From Candidatus Bathyarchaeota archaeon (GTDB lineage Archaea > Thermoproteota > Bathyarchaeia > Bathyarchaeales > Bathycorpusculaceae), in assembly GCA_963772455.1 (NCBI GenBank), contig CAVYXJ010000007.1, positions 224,001 through 288,000 of the forward strand: DNA of 64,000 bases. Direction: 5' to 3'. Both the position numbers and the translations under genes were made by a program. How positions within the stretch are numbered: position 1 is the first letter of the stretch; each line of letters opens with the position of its first letter. The notes below the pieces were generated by a model. That model made no database searches, was not told where the DNA came from, and worked only from the letters and a program-made list of their open reading frames with translations. This document shows, piece after piece, positions 32,267 to 41,128 of this stretch.

Positions 32267-33446
32267 TTTCTTCTTCTCCCAATACGGTGTCTAAGACTGC
32301 GATTGCTTTGTCGATTTGTGCTTTTTCAATTACAAGTGGCGGCAGTAGGCGAACGACGGTTCTTCCAGCATCCAAGACTAGAATGCCTCTGTCAAGTGCT
32401 TTTAGAATAACGTTGTGAACGTCAAATCGAAGTTCCATGCCAAGCATCAAACCTAACCCACGTACTTCCTTAACGATTTTGTGTTTAGCTTGTAATCCTT
32501 CCAGTTGCGATTTGAAGTATTTGCCATTCACAGCGGCTTTTTCAGCAAGTTTTTCTTCCAAAAGTGCATCTATGGCAGCGCATCCAGCTGCACAGACAAG
32601 TGGGCTTCCGCTAAAAGTAGTCGAGTGCTCACCAATTTTGAGCGATGCCATAATGTTTTCTTTGGCGACTGTAATGCCTATTGGTAATCCGCCTGCAAAA
32701 GGCTTTGCCAAACACATAATGTCAGGAGTGACATCCCAGTTTTGGCAACCGAACAATTTTCCTGTGCGTCCAAAACTCGTTTGCACTTCATCAAATATTA
32801 GCAAAACGTTCTTTTCGTTGCAGATTTCCCGAACTTGCTGCAAATACCCGTCTGGTGGAACGCGAACGCCTCCTTCTCCACGGATCGGCTCCATTAAGAC
32901 GGCAGCTGTTTTGTCGGTTATAGCTTCTCGGATTTTTTCTGGGTTATCAGGTGCAACATGTTTGAATTCTGGGATAAGGGGCATAAACGGTTCACGATAT
33001 TTTTTATCCCATGTGGCTGATAATGCCCCCATAGTTTTTCCATGGAATGCTCCCATTAAAGCGATTATTTCAGGTTTGGCTGTGTATTTGCGAGCAAGTT
33101 TTATGGCGCATTCGACGGATTCAGCGCCGCTGTTTGAGAGAAATGCTTTGTCTAAGCCTTTTGGTGTTATCTTGACTAGTTTTTCTATAAATTCAGCTCG
33201 TTTATCGTTATAGTAGCAGCTGTGGCAAGTGATGAGTTGTTCAGCTTGAGTTTTTACAGCTGCGACTATTTTTGGGTGACAGTGTCCCAGTGCGGCAACG
33301 CCGTAGCTGCTTGCGCAGTCCACGTATTCTTTGCCGTTAATGTCCCATAAAAGTGCGCCTTTACCTTTTGTCAGAACAATGGGTTTTTTGGCGAATACGT
33401 TTGCCAAGTAGCGGTTTTCAGTTTCCATTATGGTTTTTTCATTCAC
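32235..33446 (-). CDS. lysJ: [LysW]-aminoadipate/glutamate semialdehyde aminotransferase (class III)
   Basis: NSGAESVE, FHGKT, DEVQT, LAKPFAGG; operon context. Confidence 0.9.
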   Translation of the reverse strand: MNEKTIMETENRYLANVFAKKPIVLTKGKGALLWDINGKEYVDCASSYGVAALGHCHPKIVAAVKTQAEQLITCHSCYYNDKRAEFIEKLVKITPKGLDKAFLSNSGAESVECAIKLARKYTAKPEIIALMGAFHGKTMGALSATWDKKYREPFMPLIPEFKHVAPDNPEKIREAITDKTAAVLMEPIRGEGGVRVPPDGYLQQVREICNEKNVLLIFDEVQTSFGRTGKLFGCQNWDVTPDIMCLAKPFAGGLPIGITVAKENIMASLKIGEHSTTFSGSPLVCAAGCAAIDALLEEKLAEKAAVNGKYFKSQLEGLQAKHKIVKEVRGLGLMLGMELRFDVHNVILKALDRGILVLDAGRTVVRLLPPLVIEKAQIDKAIAVLDTVLGEEENERASSTVPN

Positions 33447-34257
33447 TGGTTATCACTGTACCAACCTGATGATTCAAAGCACAAGTAATAGGCTGTTTAA
33501 CCTTGCCTGAAGTGACAAGGACTTCTTTGACTCCGTGACTTAACGCTTCCAAGCCTGCATGAACTTTGGTACTCATGCCGCCTCCAATGCTTGAGAGAAC
33601 TTCTTTGACTTCGGTTGAAGTTATTTTGGAAACACGCTCGCCTTTAAGCATTAAACCTTCCACGTCCGTTAACAGGATTAGTTTGTCTGCTTTCAGTGCA
33701 CCTGCAATGGTCGCTGCTGTCCTGTCGCCATCAACGTTTAGAGGCTCAAAGTCTTGGCTTAATGCAATCGGAGTAACAATCGGCAAATAGCCTTTTTCGA
33801 GAAGCAAATTGAGCAGGTCGGTGTTGACATTGGTAATTTTGCCTGTGTAGCCGCCGTCCATAACTTTTTTTCTGCCTCGTTCGTCGACAGCAATTAGTTT
33901 GGTCTTTCTTTCACCTTTTAGGATTGCAGCGTCAAGTCCACTTAAACCGACGGCTTGGATACCTTGGGTTTCCAAAGCGAGAACTATTTGTTTGTTGATT
34001 TTGCCCGCCATAACCATGGTGTAGATTTCGATGGTTTCTTTGTCAGTGAAGCGGCTTCTAAAGCCTTCAGGTGATATGATGAATTTTTGTTCTTTTCCTA
34101 GTTTGGACGCGATTTCGGTGACTTCTACACCTCCGCCGTGGACTAATACAATCTTGTTTTCTTTGGCAACTTCTTTTAAGTCGGCAATTAAGTCGGTTGA
34201 GGCGCCTTCTTTTAGGATGCTTCCACCCATCTTAATAACAAGCAGCATGGCGGTCAC
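33439..34257 (-). CDS. lysZ: [LysW]-aminoadipate/glutamate kinase
   Basis: KMGGS, VHGGG, NVDGDR, GGGMSTK. Confidence 0.9.
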   Translation of the reverse strand: MTAMLLVIKMGGSILKEGASTDLIADLKEVAKENKIVLVHGGGVEVTEIASKLGKEQKFIISPEGFRSRFTDKETIEIYTMVMAGKINKQIVLALETQGIQAVGLSGLDAAILKGERKTKLIAVDERGRKKVMDGGYTGKITNVNTDLLNLLLEKGYLPIVTPIALSQDFEPLNVDGDRTAATIAGALKADKLILLTDVEGLMLKGERVSKITSTEVKEVLSSIGGGMSTKVHAGLEALSHGVKEVLVTSGKVKQPITCALNHQVGTVITSE

Positions 34258-35306
34258 ATCGGATGGAAACCAGTGCTCACAAGGCCTGTGGTTTCATCTA
34301 TTCCCATAAGTATGTTCATGCATTGTACTCCTTGTCCAGATGCGCCCTTGCACATGTTGTCGATGGCTGAGAAAAGTATGAGGCGGTTTGCGTGTTCATC
34401 AATTTCGAAGCCGATGTCACAGAAGTTTGTTCCCATGGTTATTTTGGGGTCTGGTAATTGGTATTGTCCTTTTTGGTATTTTACTAGTCGAATGAAGGGT
34501 TCAGTTCCGTACATTCCGCGTAGTGCTTTCCAGAGGTCTTTACTGGTTAGGGGTTGTTTTGGGAAGGCATGGATTGTTGAGAGTATGCCTCTTACCATGT
34601 TTACGGCGTGTGGGGTAAAGGAGATTTTGACTGGTTCAGTTGAGAGCGCGTTTAATTCTTGTTCGACTTCGGCTGTGTGGCGATGCCCAACGACTTGGTA
34701 TGGGCGCACTCCTCCGAAGCGTTCTGGGTGATGTGATGAGGGGGTTGGTTTGCTACCTCCTCCTGAAGAACCAACTTTGAGGTCGACGACGATTTTGTCT
34801 TTCTCAATTAAACCTGCTTGCACTATGGGTGCTAAAGCTAGGATGGCGGATGTTGCCATGCATCCTGGGCAAGCTACGAGTTTGGCTTTCTTGATTTCTT
34901 CGCGGTGAAGTTCGGGTAGACCGTAAGCAGCTTCTTTTAGCATTTCTGGATGGGCATGTGTCCAACCGTAGTAAGTGTCGTAGTCAGCTGGGTTTTTGAG
35001 TCGGAAATCTGCGCTCATATCGATGACTTTTAAGCCTGCTTCTAAGAGTTTAGGAACTAAGTTAACTGAGCCGCCGTGTGGGGTAGCTGTGAAAACTAAA
35101 TCACAATTCTTCTGAAGCTCAGCCATGTCTTGGGGCACAAATTTTAGTTGAGTTAAACCTCTAAGGTTCGGGTGTATGTTGAATACGAATTCGCCTGCGC
35201 TTTGGCGTGATGTAACCATGGTTACTTCTGCTTGCGGGTGCATAAGTAGCAACCGTAGTAGTTCACTGCCAACATATCCTGAACCTCCGATTATTCCAAT
35301 TCGCAT
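34254..35306 (-). CDS. lysY: [LysW]-aminoadipyl/glutamyl-phosphate reductase (ArgC family)
   Basis: GGSGYVG, DMSADFRL, PGCMAT, HPER, HRHTAE, IDNMCKGASGQ. Confidence 0.92.
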   Translation of the reverse strand: MRIGIIGGSGYVGSELLRLLLMHPQAEVTMVTSRQSAGEFVFNIHPNLRGLTQLKFVPQDMAELQKNCDLVFTATPHGGSVNLVPKLLEAGLKVIDMSADFRLKNPADYDTYYGWTHAHPEMLKEAAYGLPELHREEIKKAKLVACPGCMATSAILALAPIVQAGLIEKDKIVVDLKVGSSGGGSKPTPSSHHPERFGGVRPYQVVGHRHTAEVEQELNALSTEPVKISFTPHAVNMVRGILSTIHAFPKQPLTSKDLWKALRGMYGTEPFIRLVKYQKGQYQLPDPKITMGTNFCDIGFEIDEHANRLILFSAIDNMCKGASGQGVQCMNILMGIDETTGLVSTGFHPM

Positions 35307-35334
35307 GTTTCTGTATCCTCTTTTTGTTTGATTA

Positions 35335-36528
35335 CTATTCAATTAGGCTTTGAGCGCCTTTCAAGAGCGGAATTGCCACATTTAACCCAGTTGCTAAACG
35401 TGTATTTTCCCAGAACTCTGGGCAAGAATTCGACTCGTGAAATACTAAGGCGCTTTTATTTTTTTCCACACTTTCTTCAATTATATTTTTAATGTTTTCG
35501 TATGATTGTGTGTTTTTATAGATTTGGAATGTTTTTTCAAGCTTGCTTGTCCATGTTTGGAAATCGGTTAGGCGAGTTTCATCTGCTTTTACTTTTTGTA
35601 CTGGCACAAACGCTTCGGCTGCCTTGTCAAGTTGGCTTTTTAAGTAAACGTCATCGGCATTCTTGTTTTCTCCAACGTTTACCATGGCGTCCAAAGCAAA
35701 TATCCAAGCTTCACTACCTTTACCCAGAGTTTTGCCGCATTTAACAGCTAACTCCTGAATGCTCAGGGGCAGTTTGGCGTGGAAAACTAGGTTGCCAAGA
35801 AAAGTATTGGTGCGAAAATCTTTGAATCCTGCTCTTGCCATTGAGGTATGGTAGCAAACAGGCTCTTTTCCTTTTTCTTTAGACACTATTATGCGTAAGT
35901 CATAGAACCATTTTTGAATAAGTTCTTGGGCGACAACACCGATTGGGTTAATGATTGTGGGTTTTGTTTCTTTGATGTTTGCTTCCAGTTCCTCGCGGTT
36001 CTGGGAGAGCATTATCATTTTGCCGTGGGTTCCCGCATCTGCTTTGATTACGATTCCTTCGTCTATAGGAATTTCTTGCTGGAATAAGTCTGCTATGTCT
36101 TTTTCGTTATGGATTTCTCTGCCATTTTTTAGAGTGTCAGTTGCATCGCAGGGAACAAAGACGGTTTTTGGAATTGGGATACCTTCTTTGAAGAGGTGCA
36201 ATAGGGTACGGTATTTGCTGTAGCAGATGAATTCGATTTGTGATGAGTTTATTGTTTTTTTACCGAGCATCTCCATGATGTATGATGCTTGGAGACGTCG
36301 ATTCTTGCTCTGTGCACGATTGAGCACAACTTTTGTGTCTTTGATGGCGCTTGTGTAGTCTTTGCCCTTGGTTTTCGCATTAAAGCCATCTTTGGAAATG
36401 GATAATGCAATTTTGCGGAAGGGAATAAATGTTAAGTCAATACCTAGTTGTTGAGCGGTGAGTTTGATGCCGTTTTCATCGTTTTCTGAACGCTCGTACA
36501 AAAGTGCAATGCTCATCGCTTTCATCAT
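35335..36528 (-). CDS. lysX: LysX/ArgX-like ATP-grasp ligase, atypically long
   Basis: GIPIPKT, VIKADAGTHG, QELI, YDLRI, FRTN, HESNSCPEF; lies between lysW and lysY. Confidence 0.75.
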   Translation of the reverse strand: MMKAMSIALLYERSENDENGIKLTAQQLGIDLTFIPFRKIALSISKDGFNAKTKGKDYTSAIKDTKVVLNRAQSKNRRLQASYIMEMLGKKTINSSQIEFICYSKYRTLLHLFKEGIPIPKTVFVPCDATDTLKNGREIHNEKDIADLFQQEIPIDEGIVIKADAGTHGKMIMLSQNREELEANIKETKPTIINPIGVVAQELIQKWFYDLRIIVSKEKGKEPVCYHTSMARAGFKDFRTNTFLGNLVFHAKLPLSIQELAVKCGKTLGKGSEAWIFALDAMVNVGENKNADDVYLKSQLDKAAEAFVPVQKVKADETRLTDFQTWTSKLEKTFQIYKNTQSYENIKNIIEESVEKNKSALVFHESNSCPEFWENTRLATGLNVAIPLLKGAQSLIE

Positions 36529-36591
36529 CCGTAGAAAGATATTGATTTAAAAATAGATTTCAAGTAAGAAAATAAACTGATTGAAGACTGA

Positions 36592-36777
36592 TTATTCGCC
36601 CCAGTCTTCCCCTTCAATCGTTAACTCTTGAAGGTCAACACAGCCGCATTTTATTTGTTTAACTTCGAGTTCAAGTCCGCAGCCGGGGCAACTTACGATT
36701 TCGCCTTTTTCTGTGTCTGCTGGAACATCGAGTTCTGCGTCGCAGTCTGGGCATTTTGCTTTGTTAATAGCCTTCAT
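36592..36777 (-). CDS. lysW: Amino-group carrier protein LysW
   Basis: CPDC...CPGCG zinc ribbon and C-terminal EDWGE. Confidence 0.95.
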   Translation of the reverse strand: MKAINKAKCPDCDAELDVPADTEKGEIVSCPGCGLELEVKQIKCGCVDLQELTIEGEDWGE

Positions 36778-37057
36778 TTCTTGATGGTTCGAGTGTACTG
36801 GTTTAATCATTTTTTATTCGTCACTTTTTTTATGTTGGGAAATGTCAATCAAATGATTTCCAGTTTCTTTTAAACATTTTGACTTATTTGTTACAACTTA
36901 AACTATTAATGTCTCATTTGGTGCAGCTTTTTCGCTTGAGTTGGACATAAAAAACGTATAATAACTGTGCCAAAACAACGATTTCCGCATTGCTCCTCCA
37001 ATCCTAAAGATGGAAAACGTTAAATTTTATCACTCTAATAGTCCCTCGGCTGAAAAA

Positions 37058-37468
37058 ATGGACGAAAAAGACCGACAAATCATTAAAATTCTAAAAGATG
37101 ACGCAAGAGCAGGCTACGGCGATATTGGCAACAAAGTAGACTTATCGGAAGGTGCTGTACGTAAAAGAATTAAAACATTAACCGATGAAAGGGTCATCAG
37201 AAAATTCACTGTTAAAATCGGTGTTGCAGAAGGAGCCCAAGCCATAACTTTGCTTGCCACTAACCCAGCTTATCCAACTCAAGAAGTATCTAAGAAAATT
37301 CAAGCGATCCCAAATGTTGAAACAATCTATGAGGTTACAGGTGAATATGACATCGTTGCAGTTATCAGCGGAATGAACGTGACCGAAGTGAACGAGTGCA
37401 TCGAAAAAATCCGTCGAGTCGAAGGCATAATGAAATCCAATACAATGATAGTTCTTCGCAGCTTGTAG
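37058..37468 (+). CDS. lysM: Lrp/AsnC family regulator LysM
   Basis: MDEKDRQII...LSEGAVRKRI HTH, EVTGEYDI; divergent from lysW. Confidence 0.85.
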   Translation: MDEKDRQIIKILKDDARAGYGDIGNKVDLSEGAVRKRIKTLTDERVIRKFTVKIGVAEGAQAITLLATNPAYPTQEVSKKIQAIPNVETIYEVTGEYDIVAVISGMNVTEVNECIEKIRRVEGIMKSNTMIVLRSL

Positions 37469-37591
37469 CATTGCGTTGTTCAATATTGAAGTAGAAGAAA
37501 TTAAGATGCTAATATTGAATGATTCAAGAAACAATTAAGAGTAAAACCTTTTGCGTTTTCTGAACGCTATTCTTTTACTTATATCGAATTG

Positions 37592-38305
37592 TTACTTTCT
37601 CTGTTTCTCGATTTTCTCCACGCCATTGCCAGACCCCAAGTAGGCGATGTCGGTTAAGGCTATGAAAAATCCTGTTTCAACCACGCCGGGAACCATTTTC
37701 ACCTTAATATCAAGTTCAGCGGGATTCACTATTTCCCCAAAGTACGCGTCTATGACTGCATTACCGTTGTCGGTAATTATGGGACCCAATTTTCCTTTGC
37801 CTTCCCGCACCACTGGTTTTCCACCCATGGCGACGATGGTTGCTTTAACTATGGGAAGTGCGAAGGGCAAGACTTCTACGGGTACGAACTGGTTGTTTTC
37901 GCCCAGCAGTTTGGTTTTTTTGGGTTGATCGGCGATGATGACGTTGAGTTTGGAGGCTGAAGCAACGATTTTTTCTCTCGCCATCGCTGCACCACCGCCC
38001 TTAATGAGGAACAATTCGGGAGTTAATTGATCTGCGCCGTCTATGGTTACATCGATTACCGGATGCTCATCTAATGTTGTGATGGGGATGCCGCATTCAA
38101 CTGCCAGCAGGAATGCTTGGTAAGAAGTTGGGATACCCATGATGCTGATTTTTTCTTTTTTGATACGCTCGCCAAGTGCTTCGATTGCAAATGCGGCTGT
38201 GCTTCCACTGCCTAAACCTACAATGAAGCCGTCTTTAACGTGTTTAACTGCTTCTAAAGCGGCGTTTTGTTTTGCCTGTTGAATTGGATCAAGGTTAGCT
38301 TTCAA
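37592..38305 (-). CDS. rpiA: Ribose-5-phosphate isomerase A
   Basis: GLGSGST, DGAD, KGGG..REKIVA, TDNGN, PGVVETG. Confidence 0.96.
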   Translation of the reverse strand: MKANLDPIQQAKQNAALEAVKHVKDGFIVGLGSGSTAAFAIEALGERIKKEKISIMGIPTSYQAFLLAVECGIPITTLDEHPVIDVTIDGADQLTPELFLIKGGGAAMAREKIVASASKLNVIIADQPKKTKLLGENNQFVPVEVLPFALPIVKATIVAMGGKPVVREGKGKLGPIITDNGNAVIDAYFGEIVNPAELDIKVKMVPGVVETGFFIALTDIAYLGSGNGVEKIEKQRK

Positions 38306-39050
38306 TTTCCATCTGCCCTAGTTTATCTAAAACTTTCTCAACTTCACTTGTAATCGATTCTATTCGTCTTTCAGCTTCGCTTTTAGCTGCTGGTTTTTCT
38401 TCTGGCGGTTTGCGTTTCTTCTTAGGTTTCTCTTCACTGCTTGTTGGCGCTTCTGGTTCTTCGCCTTCGTCCTCTTCGTCAATATCTATTTGAGTTGGAG
38501 TTTGCGTTGGCATTTTTATTGGTATTTCACGGATTGGTTTTACGTCAATTCGTGTTCTGAGTTCTTCAACTTTGCTGGTTAATTCTCCGAAGCGTTCGCT
38601 GAAGAGTTTCATAAGGTCTTCCTGCATGCCTTCAAGTTCATGCAATGCAACGATACCTTCGTCTTTAGAAATTGATTCTTTTATCAGATTCATCCGATTT
38701 TTGTAGGTACTAGCTAATTTGTCTCGTTCTTGCTCAGTAATTTTTCCTTCAGCATGAGCTTCATAGAGCCGCCTTATTGCGTCGCCTAGGATGTCGCGTT
38801 CTAAATCTAACATGCGCAATTCATCTTTTGCGCTGGAAGCCATGTTTGTTTGAACGCTTTTAGAAAGTTTAAACGGCATGTTGCTGTATTCGAGGTCTGG
38901 ATCGATTTTTTTCTGAGTTTTCTTGGGAGCGGCAGGTTTTTTCTCGTATCTTCTCATAGAATAAATTACGGATCCAGAAGCGGCAATTACAACGATGATT
39001 ACCACTGCCAATATTGCAGTAACTATTAATGGGTCATCATACCATGCCAA
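38295..39050 (-). CDS. Membrane-anchored coiled-coil hypothetical protein
   Basis: N-terminal TM, helical core, acidic/Pro/Lys-rich linker; overlaps the rpiA start. Confidence 0.7.
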   Translation of the reverse strand: MAWYDDPLIVTAILAVVIIVVIAASGSVIYSMRRYEKKPAAPKKTQKKIDPDLEYSNMPFKLSKSVQTNMASSAKDELRMLDLERDILGDAIRRLYEAHAEGKITEQERDKLASTYKNRMNLIKESISKDEGIVALHELEGMQEDLMKLFSERFGELTSKVEELRTRIDVKPIREIPIKMPTQTPTQIDIDEEDEGEEPEAPTSSEEKPKKKRKPPEEKPAAKSEAERRIESITSEVEKVLDKLGQMEIES

Positions 39051-39155
39051 GCCGTGCCATCCTCGTATCTTGATTGTGCATCGTGTATATATTAATTAAT
39101 ATAATCGCTATCTTTGGCAGTTCAAGTTTAAATAAATATTGCAAGAGTGAGCAGG

Positions 39156-39722
39156 CTATTCAGCCTTGACTTTCCTAACTTCAGCTTTTTCTAAAGCAGC
39201 AATTATAGGCAATGCTATGGCAAACCCGATTACTGCACCCAAAATGTTCCAGCCTGCCCAAACAGTCAAAACAAACATGGGTTGAAGATTAAGAACTATA
39301 AGCCCATTAACGACTGCAGCAACGTACGCACAAATAATACATGCCAAAACGGCAATTCCAACATTAACCGACTTCAAATTTATTTTGTGGTGGCTCAGCA
39401 GCAAAATTAAGTCAAAAATTAATGCTGCGGGCACAAAGCCCAACACTGGAAGTGGTCCTCCTGCTAACACAACAATTACAGAACCGATTATACCCACCAA
39501 AGAAGCAGCACCATATTGCCCTGTAGCCCAAGCTACAAGAAGCAACGTGACAAAGATGATTGCACTATGGATTGTTGGCAGATGGGTCAGTGTAAAGCCA
39601 AGGGGTGCTACTGTCAAGTTTAGTGCTACCCATAGAGCGCTAAAGATCCCGATCAAAGCAATGTTGGTAGTGGCGAATCTAGTTTTTTTGGTTTGTAGCT
39701 CAAACATGAAGTAACCACTCAA
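39156..39722 (-). CDS. ECF transporter S-component-like membrane protein
   Basis: TTNIALIGIFSAL N-terminal helix, 5-6 TM segments, about 190 aa. Confidence 0.6.
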   Translation of the reverse strand: MSGYFMFELQTKKTRFATTNIALIGIFSALWVALNLTVAPLGFTLTHLPTIHSAIIFVTLLLVAWATGQYGAASLVGIIGSVIVVLAGGPLPVLGFVPAALIFDLILLLSHHKINLKSVNVGIAVLACIICAYVAAVVNGLIVLNLQPMFVLTVWAGWNILGAVIGFAIALPIIAALEKAEVRKVKAE

Positions 39723-39922
39723 CGGAAGTTTAATAACATAAGGTTACAAAAAACCTTACACAACAAGTTAACGACCCATCCATAAATAGTTAACCAAACC
39801 TTTCGATTCCCCGCATATTCTGACTAAAAACCAATTTCAAATCCTCAAGCACTGTAGGCTCAACAGAACTTGGTGATTTTTTAAATTAAGCAGAAAACTC
39901 TTAAGTTGGACTTTCACTTAGT

Positions 39923-40159
39923 ATGACTGTGGTTAAGTTGTCCCGTGTTAGAGTTAAACATAAAGGCCAAGTCACAATTCCCCAAGAAATGCGAAACAAA
40001 CTCGGCATAGAAGAAGGCACAATCTTAGACATCAAAGACCAAGATGGCACAATTATACTCAAACCCCTACCCCGCCTAGAAGCCGGGGAGCCAATTGGCG
40101 AAGTAGAATTTAAAAAAATCCTCGCTGAACTTGAAGAGCGTCGGAGAAACTGGCGTTGA
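39923..40159 (+). CDS. AbrB/MazE-family antitoxin
   Basis: KGQVTIPQEMRNKLGIEEG; overlaps the PIN gene. Confidence 0.9.
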   Translation: MTVVKLSRVRVKHKGQVTIPQEMRNKLGIEEGTILDIKDQDGTIILKPLPRLEAGEPIGEVEFKKILAELEERRRNWR

Positions 40160-40554
40160 CCGGCGTCGCTGACACCCGAATCTTGTTTTTCATGGAAGTT
40201 CCAGCCACCCCCGAAATGGGAAGAAAAACCAGAGACTTTTTCGAAAAAGAACTCAGAGAAAATCTCTTGGTTCCCACTGTTGTCTTGGCCGAGTTCATTG
40301 AAATCGCAGGGGCAAGAATTGGCGAAGAAGCAGCAAAAACGCGGATACGTGTCCTAAAAGAGCGTGGTATGCAAATCATGCAATTCGACGAACGACACGC
40401 CATGAAAACGGGAAGTCTATTACTTTCAAACCGAAAAGTGCCCCTTGCTGACGCCATAATCGCCTCATATGTAAAAACCGGTGAAGCCGACTACGTCGTA
40501 ACCGACGATCCTCACTTCAAAACGTTAAACGTTAAAACAAAATGGATACCATAA
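40156..40554 (+). CDS. vapC: PIN-domain VapC toxin
   Basis: VADT, LAEF, LADAIIA, VTDDPHF. Confidence 0.88.
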   Translation: MTGVADTRILFFMEVPATPEMGRKTRDFFEKELRENLLVPTVVLAEFIEIAGARIGEEAAKTRIRVLKERGMQIMQFDERHAMKTGSLLLSNRKVPLADAIIASYVKTGEADYVVTDDPHFKTLNVKTKWIP

Positions 40555-40726
40555 AACCATACTATGTTCACATGCGGTTCCTCGCTCCTTATGGCTAGTA
40601 ACTATAAACAAAAACGCGGGCTCTGTTCATAACTAATAACAATTCCAAGCTCAAGAACCACAAGAAGAGGCTTCCTCAAACCCAAGTACTTGTTACAAAC
40701 ATGCTAAGATAGATAGCGGGACTAAG

Positions 40727-40733
40727 TTTAAAT
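40727..40733 (+). promoter_or_regulatory. Putative TATA box of the radical SAM operon (leaderless transcript)
   Basis: TTTAAAT about 27-33 nt upstream of the ATG at 40760. Confidence 0.4.
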
Positions 40734-40759
40734 CTCCAAACCTTACACAGCAACTATTT

Positions 40760-41128
40760 ATGAGAATCTTACCTATCCTCGGCGGCATCGCAGCAACGAT
40801 TCTATTCTTCTTCGCAGTTATCTTTGCGTTAGCCTCTTCCTACGTTGGACTTACCGCTCAAGCTGCACAATCCAGAGTTTTAACCAGCGCAATTTTATTC
40901 ATTGTTGGTTTAGCCGTGATTGTAGGTGTTTACTACGTGTCCCGTAAACCCAAAACGGTTATTCAGCAACTTGAAATCTCTGGGCAAATGAAGGCAGCAC
41001 AGATCAAATGTCCCAATTGTGGCGGTAGCATAGATGCAAACCAAATCAAAATCGTGTCTGGTGTGCCATATATTAAATGCCCGTACTGCGGCACCACTTT
41101 TGAGGTTACTGAGGAACCAAAATGGTAA
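40760..41128 (+). CDS. Two-TM membrane protein with C-terminal zinc ribbon
   Basis: Two hydrophobic helices, CPNCGG...CPYCGT; overlaps the next gene's start. Confidence 0.85.
   Translation: MRILPILGGIAATILFFFAVIFALASSYVGLTAQAAQSRVLTSAILFIVGLAVIVGVYYVSRKPKTVIQQLEISGQMKAAQIKCPNCGGSIDANQIKIVSGVPYIKCPYCGTTFEVTEEPKW

Noticed and set aside
32437-33213. 258-aa plus-strand ORF and similar antisense ORFs over thrC, lysC, lysY, rpiA, Mrp and others
   Set aside because: Antisense shadows of well-supported genes, with no motifs of their own
40555-40759. Small RiPP precursor ORF upstream of the rSAM operon
   Set aside because: No convincing Cys-rich or SD-led short ORF found on either strand in this gap
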